This document shows, one piece after another, positions 8,542-15,979 of a stretch of DNA of 39,772 nucleotides (positions are counted from its first letter, which is position 1; each line of letters opens with the position of its first letter). The notes under the pieces were generated by a model, which made no database searches, had not been told where the DNA came from, and saw only the letters and a list, made by a program, of their open reading frames with translations. Made by a program: the position numbers and the translations under genes. Source of the stretch: a virus; IMG/VR virus record IMGVR_UViG_3300023443_000129, positions 1-39,772 of that record; one strand, given 5' to 3'.

Positions 8542-8963
8542 GATTCATCCTTTTTGTCGGTTGCTCTGCGATTCCGTTCTTCTTCCTTTCCTTTCTCTTT
8601 GCCTTCTAATAAGCCTAGTATCTTGCCTATTAATAACGCTGTTTCTTCTGCTTTGCTACTAACATGATTCGTTAGTGTGGTTAGGCGGTCAATTATCTGG
8701 CTATGATTTAGGTCAACTTTTGCACTCGTTTGATCGATGTCTTTGCGATCTTCCAAGCGATGCTCTTCTAAAACATTCACTTTCGTTTTTAAACCCTTCG
8801 TTTCATTAGAACCGAATACAGCTTTTCTTGTCTCTTCGATGGACTGAAGCCACTTTTTTACATAGTACCTTGCAATCATTAATGCGACCAGCAAAACGGC
8901 TGCCATCAGGGTGCCACTCTCCGGACTTACAAATAACGCGGCCAACTCTTCTTTAGCTGGCAT
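8538..8963 (-). CDS. Membrane-anchored coiled-coil protein
   Basis: 141 aa with an N-terminal TM helix LMAAVLLVALMIARYYV, then a coiled coil and a charged tail. Confidence 0.5.
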   Translation of the reverse strand: MPAKEELAALFVSPESGTLMAAVLLVALMIARYYVKKWLQSIEETRKAVFGSNETKGLKTKVNVLEEHRLEDRKDIDQTSAKVDLNHSQIIDRLTTLTNHVSSKAEETALLIGKILGLLEGKEKGKEEERNRRATDKKDES

Positions 8964-8997
8964 AGATTGCCCTTACTTAGTGATTGATATTTATCTA

Positions 8998-9026
8998 ATA
9001 GTAGGCAAATCCAGCCTATTAATCAA
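8998..9026 (-). promoter_or_regulatory. Sigma70-like promoter TTGATT-17 nt-TACTAT
   Basis: On the minus strand the -35 is at 9026-9021 and the -10 at 9003-8998, with an exact 17-nt spacer. It lies in the 64-nt gap upstream of 8963. Confidence 0.45.
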
Positions 9027-9027
9027 G

Positions 9028-9222
9028 CTAGTGGGGTATTTTGGGGCGGCCCTCATATATTCTTAATCGCTCTGTTTGCTGCCTTGTTAGATCGCTGAAC
9101 CCGTCTATTGATCGTTTAAGCATCTGTATATCAGCCACCTTCATCTCTAGCGCAAGCTCTAGGCCCGCTACAGTCGATTCATACGCTTTCAGTGTTTGTC
9201 TTAGTCTCTGTACTTCGTCCAT
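9028..9222 (-). CDS. Coiled-coil hypothetical protein
   Basis: I chose the ATG at 9222 (MDEVQRLRQTLK...), which is preceded by GGGAGGGAAG. 64 aa. Confidence 0.5.
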   Translation of the reverse strand: MDEVQRLRQTLKAYESTVAGLELALEMKVADIQMLKRSIDGFSDLTRQQTERLRIYEGRPKIPH

Positions 9223-9379
9223 CTTCCCTCCCTGTGTCAATAAATCCATCACATGTGATGCTACCCTCTGCAACTGTATAACTCCCAACAGTGTAACGCC
9301 TGCCCGTTGGTCTTGGTCTAGCTCTGTAGCATCTAGATCTTGATGGGCATAGCTTGTTGAAGCATAGTGACCCGCTCAT
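9179..9379 (-). CDS. Arg/Cys-rich hypothetical protein
   Basis: 66 aa. The ATG overlaps the ninG stop (ATGA). The 3' end overlaps 9028-9222 by 44 nt in another frame. Confidence 0.35.
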   Translation of the reverse strand: MSGSLCFNKLCPSRSRCYRARPRPTGRRYTVGSYTVAEGSITCDGFIDTGREDGRSTETKTNTESV

Positions 9380-9942
9380 TCGCTGATCTCCTTTATTTTA
9401 TCTTTGTACTTCTGTTTGATCTCTTTGATCTGTTCAATGGTGTAGCGCTTAAGGCTATGATCGCACTCTAAAGCCTCTACCCGGGCTATTCCTATCTTCT
9501 TAACTAACTCTATTCGATATGCTGCTGCGTTGCCTGATAACTCTCTGTTGCACCTGACTGCTTGCTTATGGCAATTGTCTTCGTTGAATCTTAGGTTAGG
9601 TCTAGCCCCTACACTCAAGTAGTGACCAGCATCCCATCGACTCCCTTTTAACAGGTTGTCATCATTCGTCACGCACCCACAACATATGCAAGAATCTTTG
9701 GCATCTCTAAGCCTGATGAACTTATTGAATATTGCTTGAGTTTCAGCCAACCACTTACCCTTGCTCTTCAGCTTCTCCTTAGCCGCTCTGTGGGCCTTAC
9801 GTTCTAGCTTAGCTTTGACCTTGCTTTCCTTGGCTTGCTTCTTACGGGCTAACTCAATGGCGCAGCCTGGACTACAGGCCACTTGTGTAGATGTGTAAGG
9901 GTTTATTATCTCTGTCTTACAGTTCTTACACTTCTTTGCCAT
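9376..9942 (-). CDS. ninG: NinG/Rap-family recombination endonuclease-like protein
   Basis: MAKKCKNCKTEI...C..C zinc ribbon, a Lys-rich linker, then a Cys/His-rich C-terminal domain (DSCICCG...DAGHY...NCHKQAVRCN) as in lambda NinG. I chose the ATG at 9942 because the longer ORF overlaps a small TM ORF. Confidence 0.7.
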   Translation of the reverse strand: MAKKCKNCKTEIINPYTSTQVACSPGCAIELARKKQAKESKVKAKLERKAHRAAKEKLKSKGKWLAETQAIFNKFIRLRDAKDSCICCGCVTNDDNLLKGSRWDAGHYLSVGARPNLRFNEDNCHKQAVRCNRELSGNAAAYRIELVKKIGIARVEALECDHSLKRYTIEQIKEIKQKYKDKIKEISE

Positions 9943-9944
9943 CC

Positions 9945-10097
9945 TTAGATAACCCACCTTATAAACGCAGCGATTATAATCACCCAACATACGACATCAA
10001 TCACCGTAATAGGATCTTCAACCCAACCTCTGTTTTTCCAGCAGAACTTGCCGTCTTCAAATATCGTAATGCAGTAATTATGAGTTAGTATCTTCAT
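9945..10097 (-). CDS. Small membrane protein (50 aa)
   Basis: MKILTHNYCITIFEDGKFCWKNRGWVEDPITVIDVVCWVIIIAAFIRWVI. The TAA is 2 nt before the ninG ATG. Confidence 0.45.
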   Translation of the reverse strand: MKILTHNYCITIFEDGKFCWKNRGWVEDPITVIDVVCWVIIIAAFIRWVI

Positions 10098-10115
10098 CCT
10101 TAGTTAAGCTCCTTG

Positions 10116-10391
10116 TTATACAAAACACGCCAAAAAAGTATCATCTTCTAGCATCCAGTTTTGGTGCCTCAACTCAACCACATCAGCCTCGGTTATTCCC
10201 GCCTCTACTAGAGCCTCAATGCCGACCGAATAGATAACGTCGTGGTTTGCGCCTTCTATCCCTCTATCAGGTAAATATTTCTGAACAATTAATAGCCCCT
10301 TTATAGCGTTACATCCTTTTTCAGATAGACCCTGCCCGCCGAGATCATCGTCATTCATCACCTGTATAAATCTTGCTTCTGTTACTTTCAT
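10116..10391 (-). CDS. Hypothetical protein
   Basis: ATG at 10391 follows AAAGGAGGGGGAGAG and overlaps the ninB-like stop (ATGA). 91 aa. Confidence 0.6.
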   Translation of the reverse strand: MKVTEARFIQVMNDDDLGGQGLSEKGCNAIKGLLIVQKYLPDRGIEGANHDVIYSVGIEALVEAGITEADVVELRHQNWMLEDDTFLACFV

Positions 10392-10801
10392 CTCTCCCCC
10401 TCCTTTGATGGCCAAGGCACATCGACATTAAATTCATTTAATAAGTGACAATAGATCACCTTGTGAATCTTACCGTAATCACCCCGATTAGCCTTGGTAG
10501 TACTCTCTTCATCAATCATAGATACCTGTACAGACTTCCATATAAGCTCTTTAACCAGCGTTTGGTTCCACGGTATAGCAATGGCAGGGCTTAGTACTTT
10601 GTGCATGTCTAGCGCCTGATGGTTAAGCTCTCCCGCTACCATTTCACAGTAGAGGTGTAGTGATGCGTTCTGCACGTTAGTTCTAGTCTTACCTGTTTTC
10701 ATCGTAGTGACTAGATAGCCGTGCTTCTCGTACTGCTCGTATACGTTCTTGATATGCTCTTTTAGCGACTTGTCACTGTTAATTATTGTCTGGTCCGTCA
10801 T
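10388..10801 (-). CDS. ninB: NinB-like recombination protein
   Basis: 137 aa. The RT.VQNA.LHLYC stretch and a later ESTTK..RGDY...I segment parallel lambda NinB RSLDQNRKLWACL and GQSTSRMRVGEF. Confidence 0.45.
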   Translation of the reverse strand: MTDQTIINSDKSLKEHIKNVYEQYEKHGYLVTTMKTGKTRTNVQNASLHLYCEMVAGELNHQALDMHKVLSPAIAIPWNQTLVKELIWKSVQVSMIDEESTTKANRGDYGKIHKVIYCHLLNEFNVDVPWPSKEGER

Positions 10802-10962
10802 TAGCCAGCCTTCCTGGCGTCTTCTTTGTAGTATTGCTGAGTGCCTGCTTTTATATCCTGCATAACCTTTTCCATCTCTGATACTTGCTCGATGGTTAGA
10901 GTCATATACACGCCATCTTTGCAGACTATATATTTACCATTCTTTGGTCTGTAACTAATCAT
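10801..10962 (-). CDS. Small hypothetical protein (53 aa)
   Basis: ATG at 10962 follows GGGGGGAG, and the stop overlaps the ninB-like ATG (TAATG). Confidence 0.5.
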   Translation of the reverse strand: MISYRPKNGKYIVCKDGVYMTLTIEQVSEMEKVMQDIKAGTQQYYKEDARKAG

Positions 10963-11029
10963 ATACTCCCCCCTGTTAAATATAAAAACCCTACTGCTAT
11001 TACAATACAGATTAATGTTGTTAATTCAT

Positions 11030-11257
11030 TTACTGATAGCTTTCGAAGCCGCATCTTAGAATCCTTTCTAATTTAGCTTTAATCAATACTGCATTACTTT
11101 GGAATAGATCCCTTTCGTCGTCTATCTCTTGCTGCTCTAGCTCACTGTAATTGTCAGTTACATATCCGCAAGCTTTAGCCTCTTTCCATTCGAATGCGAA
11201 ATAAGGGGCTAACATGCTATGATTAACTAGAAATATACGCCCGCCTTTCCTTTCCAT
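11030..11257 (-). CDS. Hypothetical protein
   Basis: 75-aa ORF. Confidence 0.5.
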   Translation of the reverse strand: MERKGGRIFLVNHSMLAPYFAFEWKEAKACGYVTDNYSELEQQEIDDERDLFQSNAVLIKAKLERILRCGFESYQ

Positions 11258-11293
11258 GGATCACCTCTTTTCTAATCGTAAAAGCGACATTAC

Positions 11294-11479
11294 TTATATT
11301 TGAACCAGCTTAGGCATGTATTTGATCTCGAATAGCCGATTAACGAAAGCCAACTGCTCGTTACAAATATTGTGCTTTTTAGCTATCTGAAGAAGATCAT
11401 TAATGAACGGCTCTAGGTGCTCAACTTCAGCCTCAAACCCGTCACATTGATCCTGCATTTTCGATTCCATATGCTCCAT
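11294..11479 (-). CDS. Hypothetical protein
   Basis: 61-aa acidic ORF. Confidence 0.5.
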   Translation of the reverse strand: MEHMESKMQDQCDGFEAEVEHLEPFINDLLQIAKKHNICNEQLAFVNRLFEIKYMPKLVQI

Positions 11480-11489
11480 TAACTCTCTC

Positions 11490-11705
11490 CTATTTACGGC
11501 AGTATTTAGATTTGTTCCACTTTTTGACGGCTCTATTTATAATTCGTTGTTCATTATCGTACTTTTTGTAGTGCTCTTCTGGTCCTTTAGCACAGCATTC
11601 TCCTTCCCAGTTTTGGCAAGCGACAAGCCCGACGGACATGTAAGCTTTCCATTTAAACTCTACTTTATCGCTTTTACAGAATGGGCATCTGTTAATCTGG
11701 CTCAC
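11490..11705 (-). CDS. lar: Lar-like restriction-alleviation-family zinc-ribbon protein
   Basis: GTG at 11705 follows AAGGGGGAGGG. 71 aa. CPFCKS...V.C......CCAKGP....A..KWN matches the Lar-family pattern CPFCG...C..C.a.gp...A...WN. Confidence 0.4.
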   Translation of the reverse strand: MSQINRCPFCKSDKVEFKWKAYMSVGLVACQNWEGECCAKGPEEHYKKYDNEQRIINRAVKKWNKSKYCRK

Positions 11706-11745
11706 GTTAACCCTCCCCCTTATGACAAATCTTATATTTACTACC

Positions 11746-11767
11746 CAAAAACCCACAATTAAGTGGG
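11746..11767 (-). terminator. Intrinsic-terminator-like hairpin CCCAC-TTAATT-GTGGG followed by T5
   Basis: Read on the minus strand: a 5-bp GC-rich stem followed by TTTTT. Confidence 0.4.
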
Positions 11768-11854
11768 CACCAGTGCGCTGGATTTAATGAGTTAGTCCAT
11801 GATATGCAGCCCTCTTTCAGCTCCGTCGAATACCCCTCTTGGGATGTGCCTAGA

Positions 11855-11874
11855 AAGCCCCAGTTAAGGGGCTT
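11855..11874 (-). terminator. Hairpin AAGCCCC-TTAACT-GGGGCTT followed by TCTAGG (conserved element, copy 1)
   Basis: 7-bp stem located 26 nt after the stop of 11900-12250. A near-identical element occurs at 19285-19302. Confidence 0.45.
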
Positions 11875-11899
11875 AATTAAATTTGCGCTAACGACAAAT

Positions 11900-12250
11900 T
11901 CACGATTTGTCTATAAACCTGAATCTATCAACCATGTTCCAATTAGCACGACCAATAGTAGTCTTTACTATGTTGTCCCCATCATACTGAACCTCTATTT
12001 CAGTATCGGGGTTATCAATTTTGGGAGCATCTTTGGTCGGGATTGGGTATTCGATCCACTCAGCGTCTTGTTTGTGGTTACATGCAGGGCAATGGTCTTC
12101 TTCGTCAGCACTGCCTATGTAACACTCCCAGCCCTCATCTTCAGCTTCAGCCCTTGCACAGTCGGAAGTCTCCCAAAACTTTTGACCATCAATTTCCAAC
12201 AAAAGCCCGCACACGTTGCAGCCTAGTTGCACATAATTGTTAGTACTCAT
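11900..12250 (-). CDS. Zn-ribbon hypothetical protein
   Basis: 116 aa with CNVC...CPAC. Confidence 0.6.
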   Translation of the reverse strand: MSTNNYVQLGCNVCGLLLEIDGQKFWETSDCARAEAEDEGWECYIGSADEEDHCPACNHKQDAEWIEYPIPTKDAPKIDNPDTEIEVQYDGDNIVKTTIGRANWNMVDRFRFIDKS

Positions 12251-12276
12251 TTAAATTTGCTCCTTCGACAAATCAG

Positions 12277-12423
12277 CTATTTACGCAGCTTGATTAGTAA
12301 TTTTTTAACCTTCTCATGTTCTTCTGGTGTTGCCCATACTTTGCGTTGTACGCGCCCCTCTTTGCGGTGACGGGCATCACTTGCCGCCGATCTCTCGCTA
12401 CTGGTTTTGGCTTTATTTTTCAT
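12277..12423 (-). CDS. Small basic putative DNA-binding protein (48 aa)
   Basis: MKNKAKTSSERSAASDARHRKEGRVQRKVWATPEEHEKVKKLLIKLRK. Resembles small plasmid/phage regulators of the SAER..R.R..G.. type. Overlaps the upstream gene by 11 nt. Confidence 0.4.
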   Translation of the reverse strand: MKNKAKTSSERSAASDARHRKEGRVQRKVWATPEEHEKVKKLLIKLRK

Positions 12424-12670
12424 TCATGAAATCCCAAAAGAAACTATCTGATCCAATTAAAAGCCAAATAGCCATATCCAAATTCCCATCATCCATAACA
12501 TCCTGCTGCCTAAACCACTTATGAAACGATTCCAAATCCTCGACTACTCTATAAATATCAATGATTTCTTTTGTGTTGATTTTGAACAAATGAGCAAGGG
12601 CCTCTGTTGGTCCTGCATGCCTAGCTGCCGCCTCTATAAATCCGTTAATCATCGCCTCTGCATCTTTCAC
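12413..12670 (-). CDS. Hypothetical protein
   Basis: 85-aa ORF. Confidence 0.55.
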   Translation of the reverse strand: MKDAEAMINGFIEAAARHAGPTEALAHLFKINTKEIIDIYRVVEDLESFHKWFRQQDVMDDGNLDMAIWLLIGSDSFFWDFMNEK

Positions 12671-12687
12671 GCTGTACCCCTTGGCGG

Positions 12688-12924
12688 CTATAGCGCCGCC
12701 TTCATTTCTTGGTATATGTTCTTTAGCTCACCGGCTTGGTAGTGGTCCCAAACTGCGCCAAGGTGTACCCACTGCTCTCTCTCTTCTATGGCGCTTATTG
12801 AAATCTTAAAGTCTGACTCTTTGGTAATTTTCTCGGCTAGCTCCTGAACCTTTTCCCAATCACCCTTCTTATTAACGTTGGCTTGGATGACCATTTCTTC
12901 GTTGTTTATAGTAGCTAGTCTCAT
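12688..12924 (-). CDS. Hypothetical protein
   Basis: ATG at 12924 follows CAAGGGGAACGAC. 78 aa. Confidence 0.55.
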   Translation of the reverse strand: MRLATINNEEMVIQANVNKKGDWEKVQELAEKITKESDFKISISAIEEREQWVHLGAVWDHYQAGELKNIYQEMKAAL

Positions 12925-13071
12925 GTCGTTCCCCTTGGCGTCTGTTGTTTCGATGTAGTAACTATAACAAACCGTTGGCGCCAACGCAAGCATCCGGGGT
13001 AAATGAACGAAACTAATTTAAAACTGCGCTAACGACAGTACTTCGTTTTGATCTGCTTTACGTTCCATGTA

Positions 13072-13737
13072 TTACTCCATATTCAAACGTTCTCGAATAC
13101 TACTTAGTGCTTTAAGCTTAGCCTTAGAATCTGACTTTCTGCTTAGATCTTCTAATGCTATTGGACTGCCTTCACTTGTAATTGCTAGCATCTGTTTTAC
13201 AGAGTCAGTATTTTTATCTAGCCAGCCAAGATTAATAGCCGCGAGAGTGTCCTGGTGTTTCTTGCCCAGCCTTTCTTCCAAACCTAATCCGGTAGGAGCA
13301 GTGTAGAAATACTCGGCCTGCTTGCCTTCTAGCTTGGCCGTTTCAACACTCTTTTTATATGACTCCAAGAATGCCATTCTTGCAGATATCATATCGCCAC
13401 GTTCTAACGAATCACTACAGGCACCCATACCATCCATCATTTGCTGATTAACATAGCCGCCGTCTGATTCGCCCTTGGGCAGTCTGTTCCATGCTTCCTC
13501 TGGCGATGGATAACCTAAGCTCTCATTGATCACACTTAGTATATCGTGGGGGGTTGGTGCTTCGCCTGATGACCTTACATAAGCGTCTATGGCCTTAGTC
13601 ACCACTTGAATAGAATGGTCTGATAGTAAGTGCCACCACATATCAAAAGCGTCTGGTCCTACTGGCTTGCCGAATCTTGATACACTCATTGCAGCGTTTA
13701 ATGATCTGCCTAGCTCATTTCTATCTGACTCATTCAT
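13072..13737 (-). CDS. Replication-module protein (possible organiser or helicase-loader type)
   Basis: 221 aa. The start overlaps the initiator stop by 1 nt. The functional guess rests on position only. Confidence 0.4.
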   Translation of the reverse strand: MNESDRNELGRSLNAAMSVSRFGKPVGPDAFDMWWHLLSDHSIQVVTKAIDAYVRSSGEAPTPHDILSVINESLGYPSPEEAWNRLPKGESDGGYVNQQMMDGMGACSDSLERGDMISARMAFLESYKKSVETAKLEGKQAEYFYTAPTGLGLEERLGKKHQDTLAAINLGWLDKNTDSVKQMLAITSEGSPIALEDLSRKSDSKAKLKALSSIRERLNME

Positions 13738-14537
13738 TAGTTTAGCTCTCCATCGAATGTATTACCGTTGAATGTTGCCGAGGTTGGCTGTCTTTCCCAT
13801 GAGTTTACTTCGCTATCAAAGCCGGTCTTAGGCGCTTCTGTTATTACCTCATCATTCCATAGCTCGCCGTTAAGGTAAGAGGATGGATTGGGTATAAACT
13901 TCTTATCAGTAGAAACGTATGCAATCTGTAGGTGGCCAGCTATCACACCGAACTGCTCGAGACTTGGCTTTAGCCTTTTCCATATCTTTTCGCACTCTTT
14001 ACGCTTAGTTTTCTTTGGGTAGATATTCCAAAACCTATCAAAACCTACGTATTCAGGGGCCTCCAGCTTTGCCACTCGAGTAGTCGCTTTCTTAGTAGAC
14101 TTAACTTCGGCACGTTTCTTAGTCCTTTCGTCGTAGTCCCACATTCTAAGCATCATAGCGCCCTTTCTATTGTCGCCATTTCTAATCATCGTAGGAGACA
14201 CCATGTTGCACCCAGACCTAACCCTTTTTAAAAAGCCCTTTTCATAAAGCTCCTTAAAGACTTTCTTAACAACAAAGATACTCACACCCGATTGCTCTGC
14301 TATTTCTTCTTGAGTGCCTTGTATTAAATTTGATCCATCTCGAGATCCAATAACCCAAGCCAATAAATCAGTTGTCTTTGCGCTGCCACACTTAATGTAG
14401 CTCGAGAGCATCTCTGCATATGCCTTCTCCCATCCTGACTTTTTGGCGCTATCTATAAATATCGCCACATCTAACTCTTCGCCTGTTATCTTATCTATGA
14501 CCATATAAGTTTCTGGGTTGAAGTAATCGTAATCCAT
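13737..14537 (-). CDS. RepL-like winged-helix replication initiator with a C-terminal FW.IYPKK domain
   Basis: The N-terminal 140 aa parallels plasmid RepL (ID.ITGE...W.KAY...L....K..DLL.W......N.I.GT..EIA...GVS...V.K....L.E.GFLKR...G..MV.P). The C-terminus carries FDRFWNIYPKKTKRKECEKIWKRL...NPSSYLNGELWNDE. Confidence 0.55.
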   Translation of the reverse strand: MDYDYFNPETYMVIDKITGEELDVAIFIDSAKKSGWEKAYAEMLSSYIKCGSAKTTDLLAWVIGSRDGSNLIQGTQEEIAEQSGVSIFVVKKVFKELYEKGFLKRVRSGCNMVSPTMIRNGDNRKGAMMLRMWDYDERTKKRAEVKSTKKATTRVAKLEAPEYVGFDRFWNIYPKKTKRKECEKIWKRLKPSLEQFGVIAGHLQIAYVSTDKKFIPNPSSYLNGELWNDEVITEAPKTGFDSEVNSWERQPTSATFNGNTFDGELN

Positions 14538-14641
14538 TTTATACCCTTTTCGGTAGTTCTGATATACTGATAATAGTTAGTATCTAGGGTAATGTACACC
14601 TTTAAAGGTAGTTATTTTATACCTAGAGTGCTGATAAAGGT

Positions 14642-14676
14642 ATGGATACCTACCAATAGAGGCATGGATACCTACC
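14642..14676. repeat. Two exact 13-bp direct repeats ATGGATACCTACC spaced 22 bp start to start (iteron-like)
   Basis: Copies at 14642-14654 and 14664-14676, inside the 226-bp gap upstream of the initiator gene. Confidence 0.6.
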
Positions 14677-14763
14677 TTTTTTTAAGGGTGCTTATTGTTA
14701 CTTATCATAGTCTTGGGGTGTTTATGACCTACTTCCCTCTATATCTATATACTGTCCAACTTA

Positions 14764-14958
14764 TTAGCTGCCAACTACAACTATTTCATTTCCACAACAT
14801 GGCTTTACAGTGATTGTGTTGTGATCGCCAATACAGTTGATTGTTATCCCCTCTAAGCAGGCTGGAGTTATTGTGTACCTAACGCCATCCATATCTATTT
14901 CTATCCGCTCACTGATGATATCCACGGTCTTATCATTGTCTAATCTAGTTATTCTCAT
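14764..14958 (-). CDS. Hypothetical protein
   Basis: 64-aa ORF with GAGGAAATT upstream of the ATG. Confidence 0.5.
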   Translation of the reverse strand: MRITRLDNDKTVDIISERIEIDMDGVRYTITPACLEGITINCIGDHNTITVKPCCGNEIVVVGS

Positions 14959-15011
14959 AATTTCCTCTGTGTGTTTAATTAATTAGTATTGCTACTTAGC
15001 TAGATCCCCCT

Positions 15012-15278
15012 CTAATCGTAGTTATGACCAATCAGGTCAAACTTAGGTAGCCACCTGTCTTCACTGTCAATCAAGATAGACGCCACTTTGATAAACTCTG
15101 CCAGCTCGTTTCGATTATAAATCCTTAACTCGCCACCTAAAACAACTTCAAAGCTGGTAGAATTTATAGGCACCACCATTAAAGTCTTATCCCTCATAGA
15201 AACACCTATATCACCATCGACATCAATATAGGTGCAATCTTTCAAGTCATCCTCGAATAAATCTATTACATCGCCCAT
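15012..15278 (-). CDS. Hypothetical acidic protein
   Basis: 88-aa ORF preceded by TTAGAGGGATACC. Confidence 0.6.
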   Translation of the reverse strand: MGDVIDLFEDDLKDCTYIDVDGDIGVSMRDKTLMVVPINSTSFEVVLGGELRIYNRNELAEFIKVASILIDSEDRWLPKFDLIGHNYD

Positions 15279-15294
15279 GGTATCCCTCTAACTC

Positions 15295-15468
15295 CTATGT
15301 CTGGCTGGTGTCAATAAGTGCCTTGTTCCGCACTGTTAGATTCCATGTGTACGGATGGTCAGCTTTATACTTCTCAGTTGAACACTTAATGCACCGCGTC
15401 TTATTGTCTCCGTTGTTCATTGGAGTATCGACGGCATTGTCACAATCAAAACATTTGATCTCTTTCAT
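15295..15468 (-). CDS. Zn-ribbon protein
   Basis: ATG at 15468 follows TAGAGGGGGATACC. 57 aa with CFDC...CIKC. Confidence 0.55.
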   Translation of the reverse strand: MKEIKCFDCDNAVDTPMNNGDNKTRCIKCSTEKYKADHPYTWNLTVRNKALIDTSQT

Positions 15469-15488
15469 GGTATCCCCCTCTATGTATC

Positions 15489-15701
15489 TTATGTGTCGCA
15501 AGAAGTTATGCTGTGCCCGATATCATAAGCGCCTCTAATATCGCCATCTACTAAATACCAATGAGAGCCGTCGCCATACTTCACATAATCTCCAACATCT
15601 ACACCATCAACACTCACGCCATAAACATAAACGCAATCACCCTCGCTAAAGTTGGAGCACCCGGCAATCATTAGAGCCATCATTAGTATTAATACTTTCA
15701 T
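15489..15701 (-). CDS. Lipoprotein
   Basis: MKVLILMMALMIAGC: a signal peptide with a canonical lipobox I-A-G-C. 70 aa. Confidence 0.65.
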   Translation of the reverse strand: MKVLILMMALMIAGCSNFSEGDCVYVYGVSVDGVDVGDYVKYGDGSHWYLVDGDIRGAYDIGHSITSCDT

Positions 15702-15772
15702 CTTATCCCCTCTATGTTGTCTGTTAATTACTAATCAGCCAGCAAGCAAAGCTAATAAATATCATTAATAAA

Positions 15773-15979
15773 TTATTCACCTACTGCCTCCTCGGAATCC
15801 CATCGCTCCCTTCTTAATATCGACAATTCTTTTTTAAGCCGCGCCACCTCTCTGGACTTCTTCTTCCTTGCGTGATCGGCCTTAGCTCTCCAAGACAGGT
15901 TCTCTGCTAGCTGTAGGACTATGTGGTCAATCTCATCATGCAGATTGAATATCTGAGCCTCTATTTCGTCTTCGTTCAT
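15773..15979 (-). CDS. Coiled-coil hypothetical protein
   Basis: 68-aa ORF preceded by AAAGGGGATAAC. Confidence 0.6.
   Translation of the reverse strand: MNEDEIEAQIFNLHDEIDHIVLQLAENLSWRAKADHARKKKSREVARLKKELSILRRERWDSEEAVGE

Noticed and set aside
8538-8963. Embedded Rz1-type lipoprotein ORF inside the TM coiled-coil gene
   Set aside because: I read the alternative frames of the minus strand and found no ORF with a signal peptide and lipobox.
11804-12226. 140-aa plus-strand ORF
   Set aside because: It is antisense to 11900-12250 and runs through two minus-strand terminator hairpins. It has hydrophobic low-complexity translation and no SD.
14592-14813. 73-aa plus-strand ORF in the initiator-upstream gap
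   Set aside because: It has no SD, lies on the opposite strand to the whole operon, and its sequence is made up of the iterons and AT-rich tracts. I treated the gap as regulatory or origin DNA.
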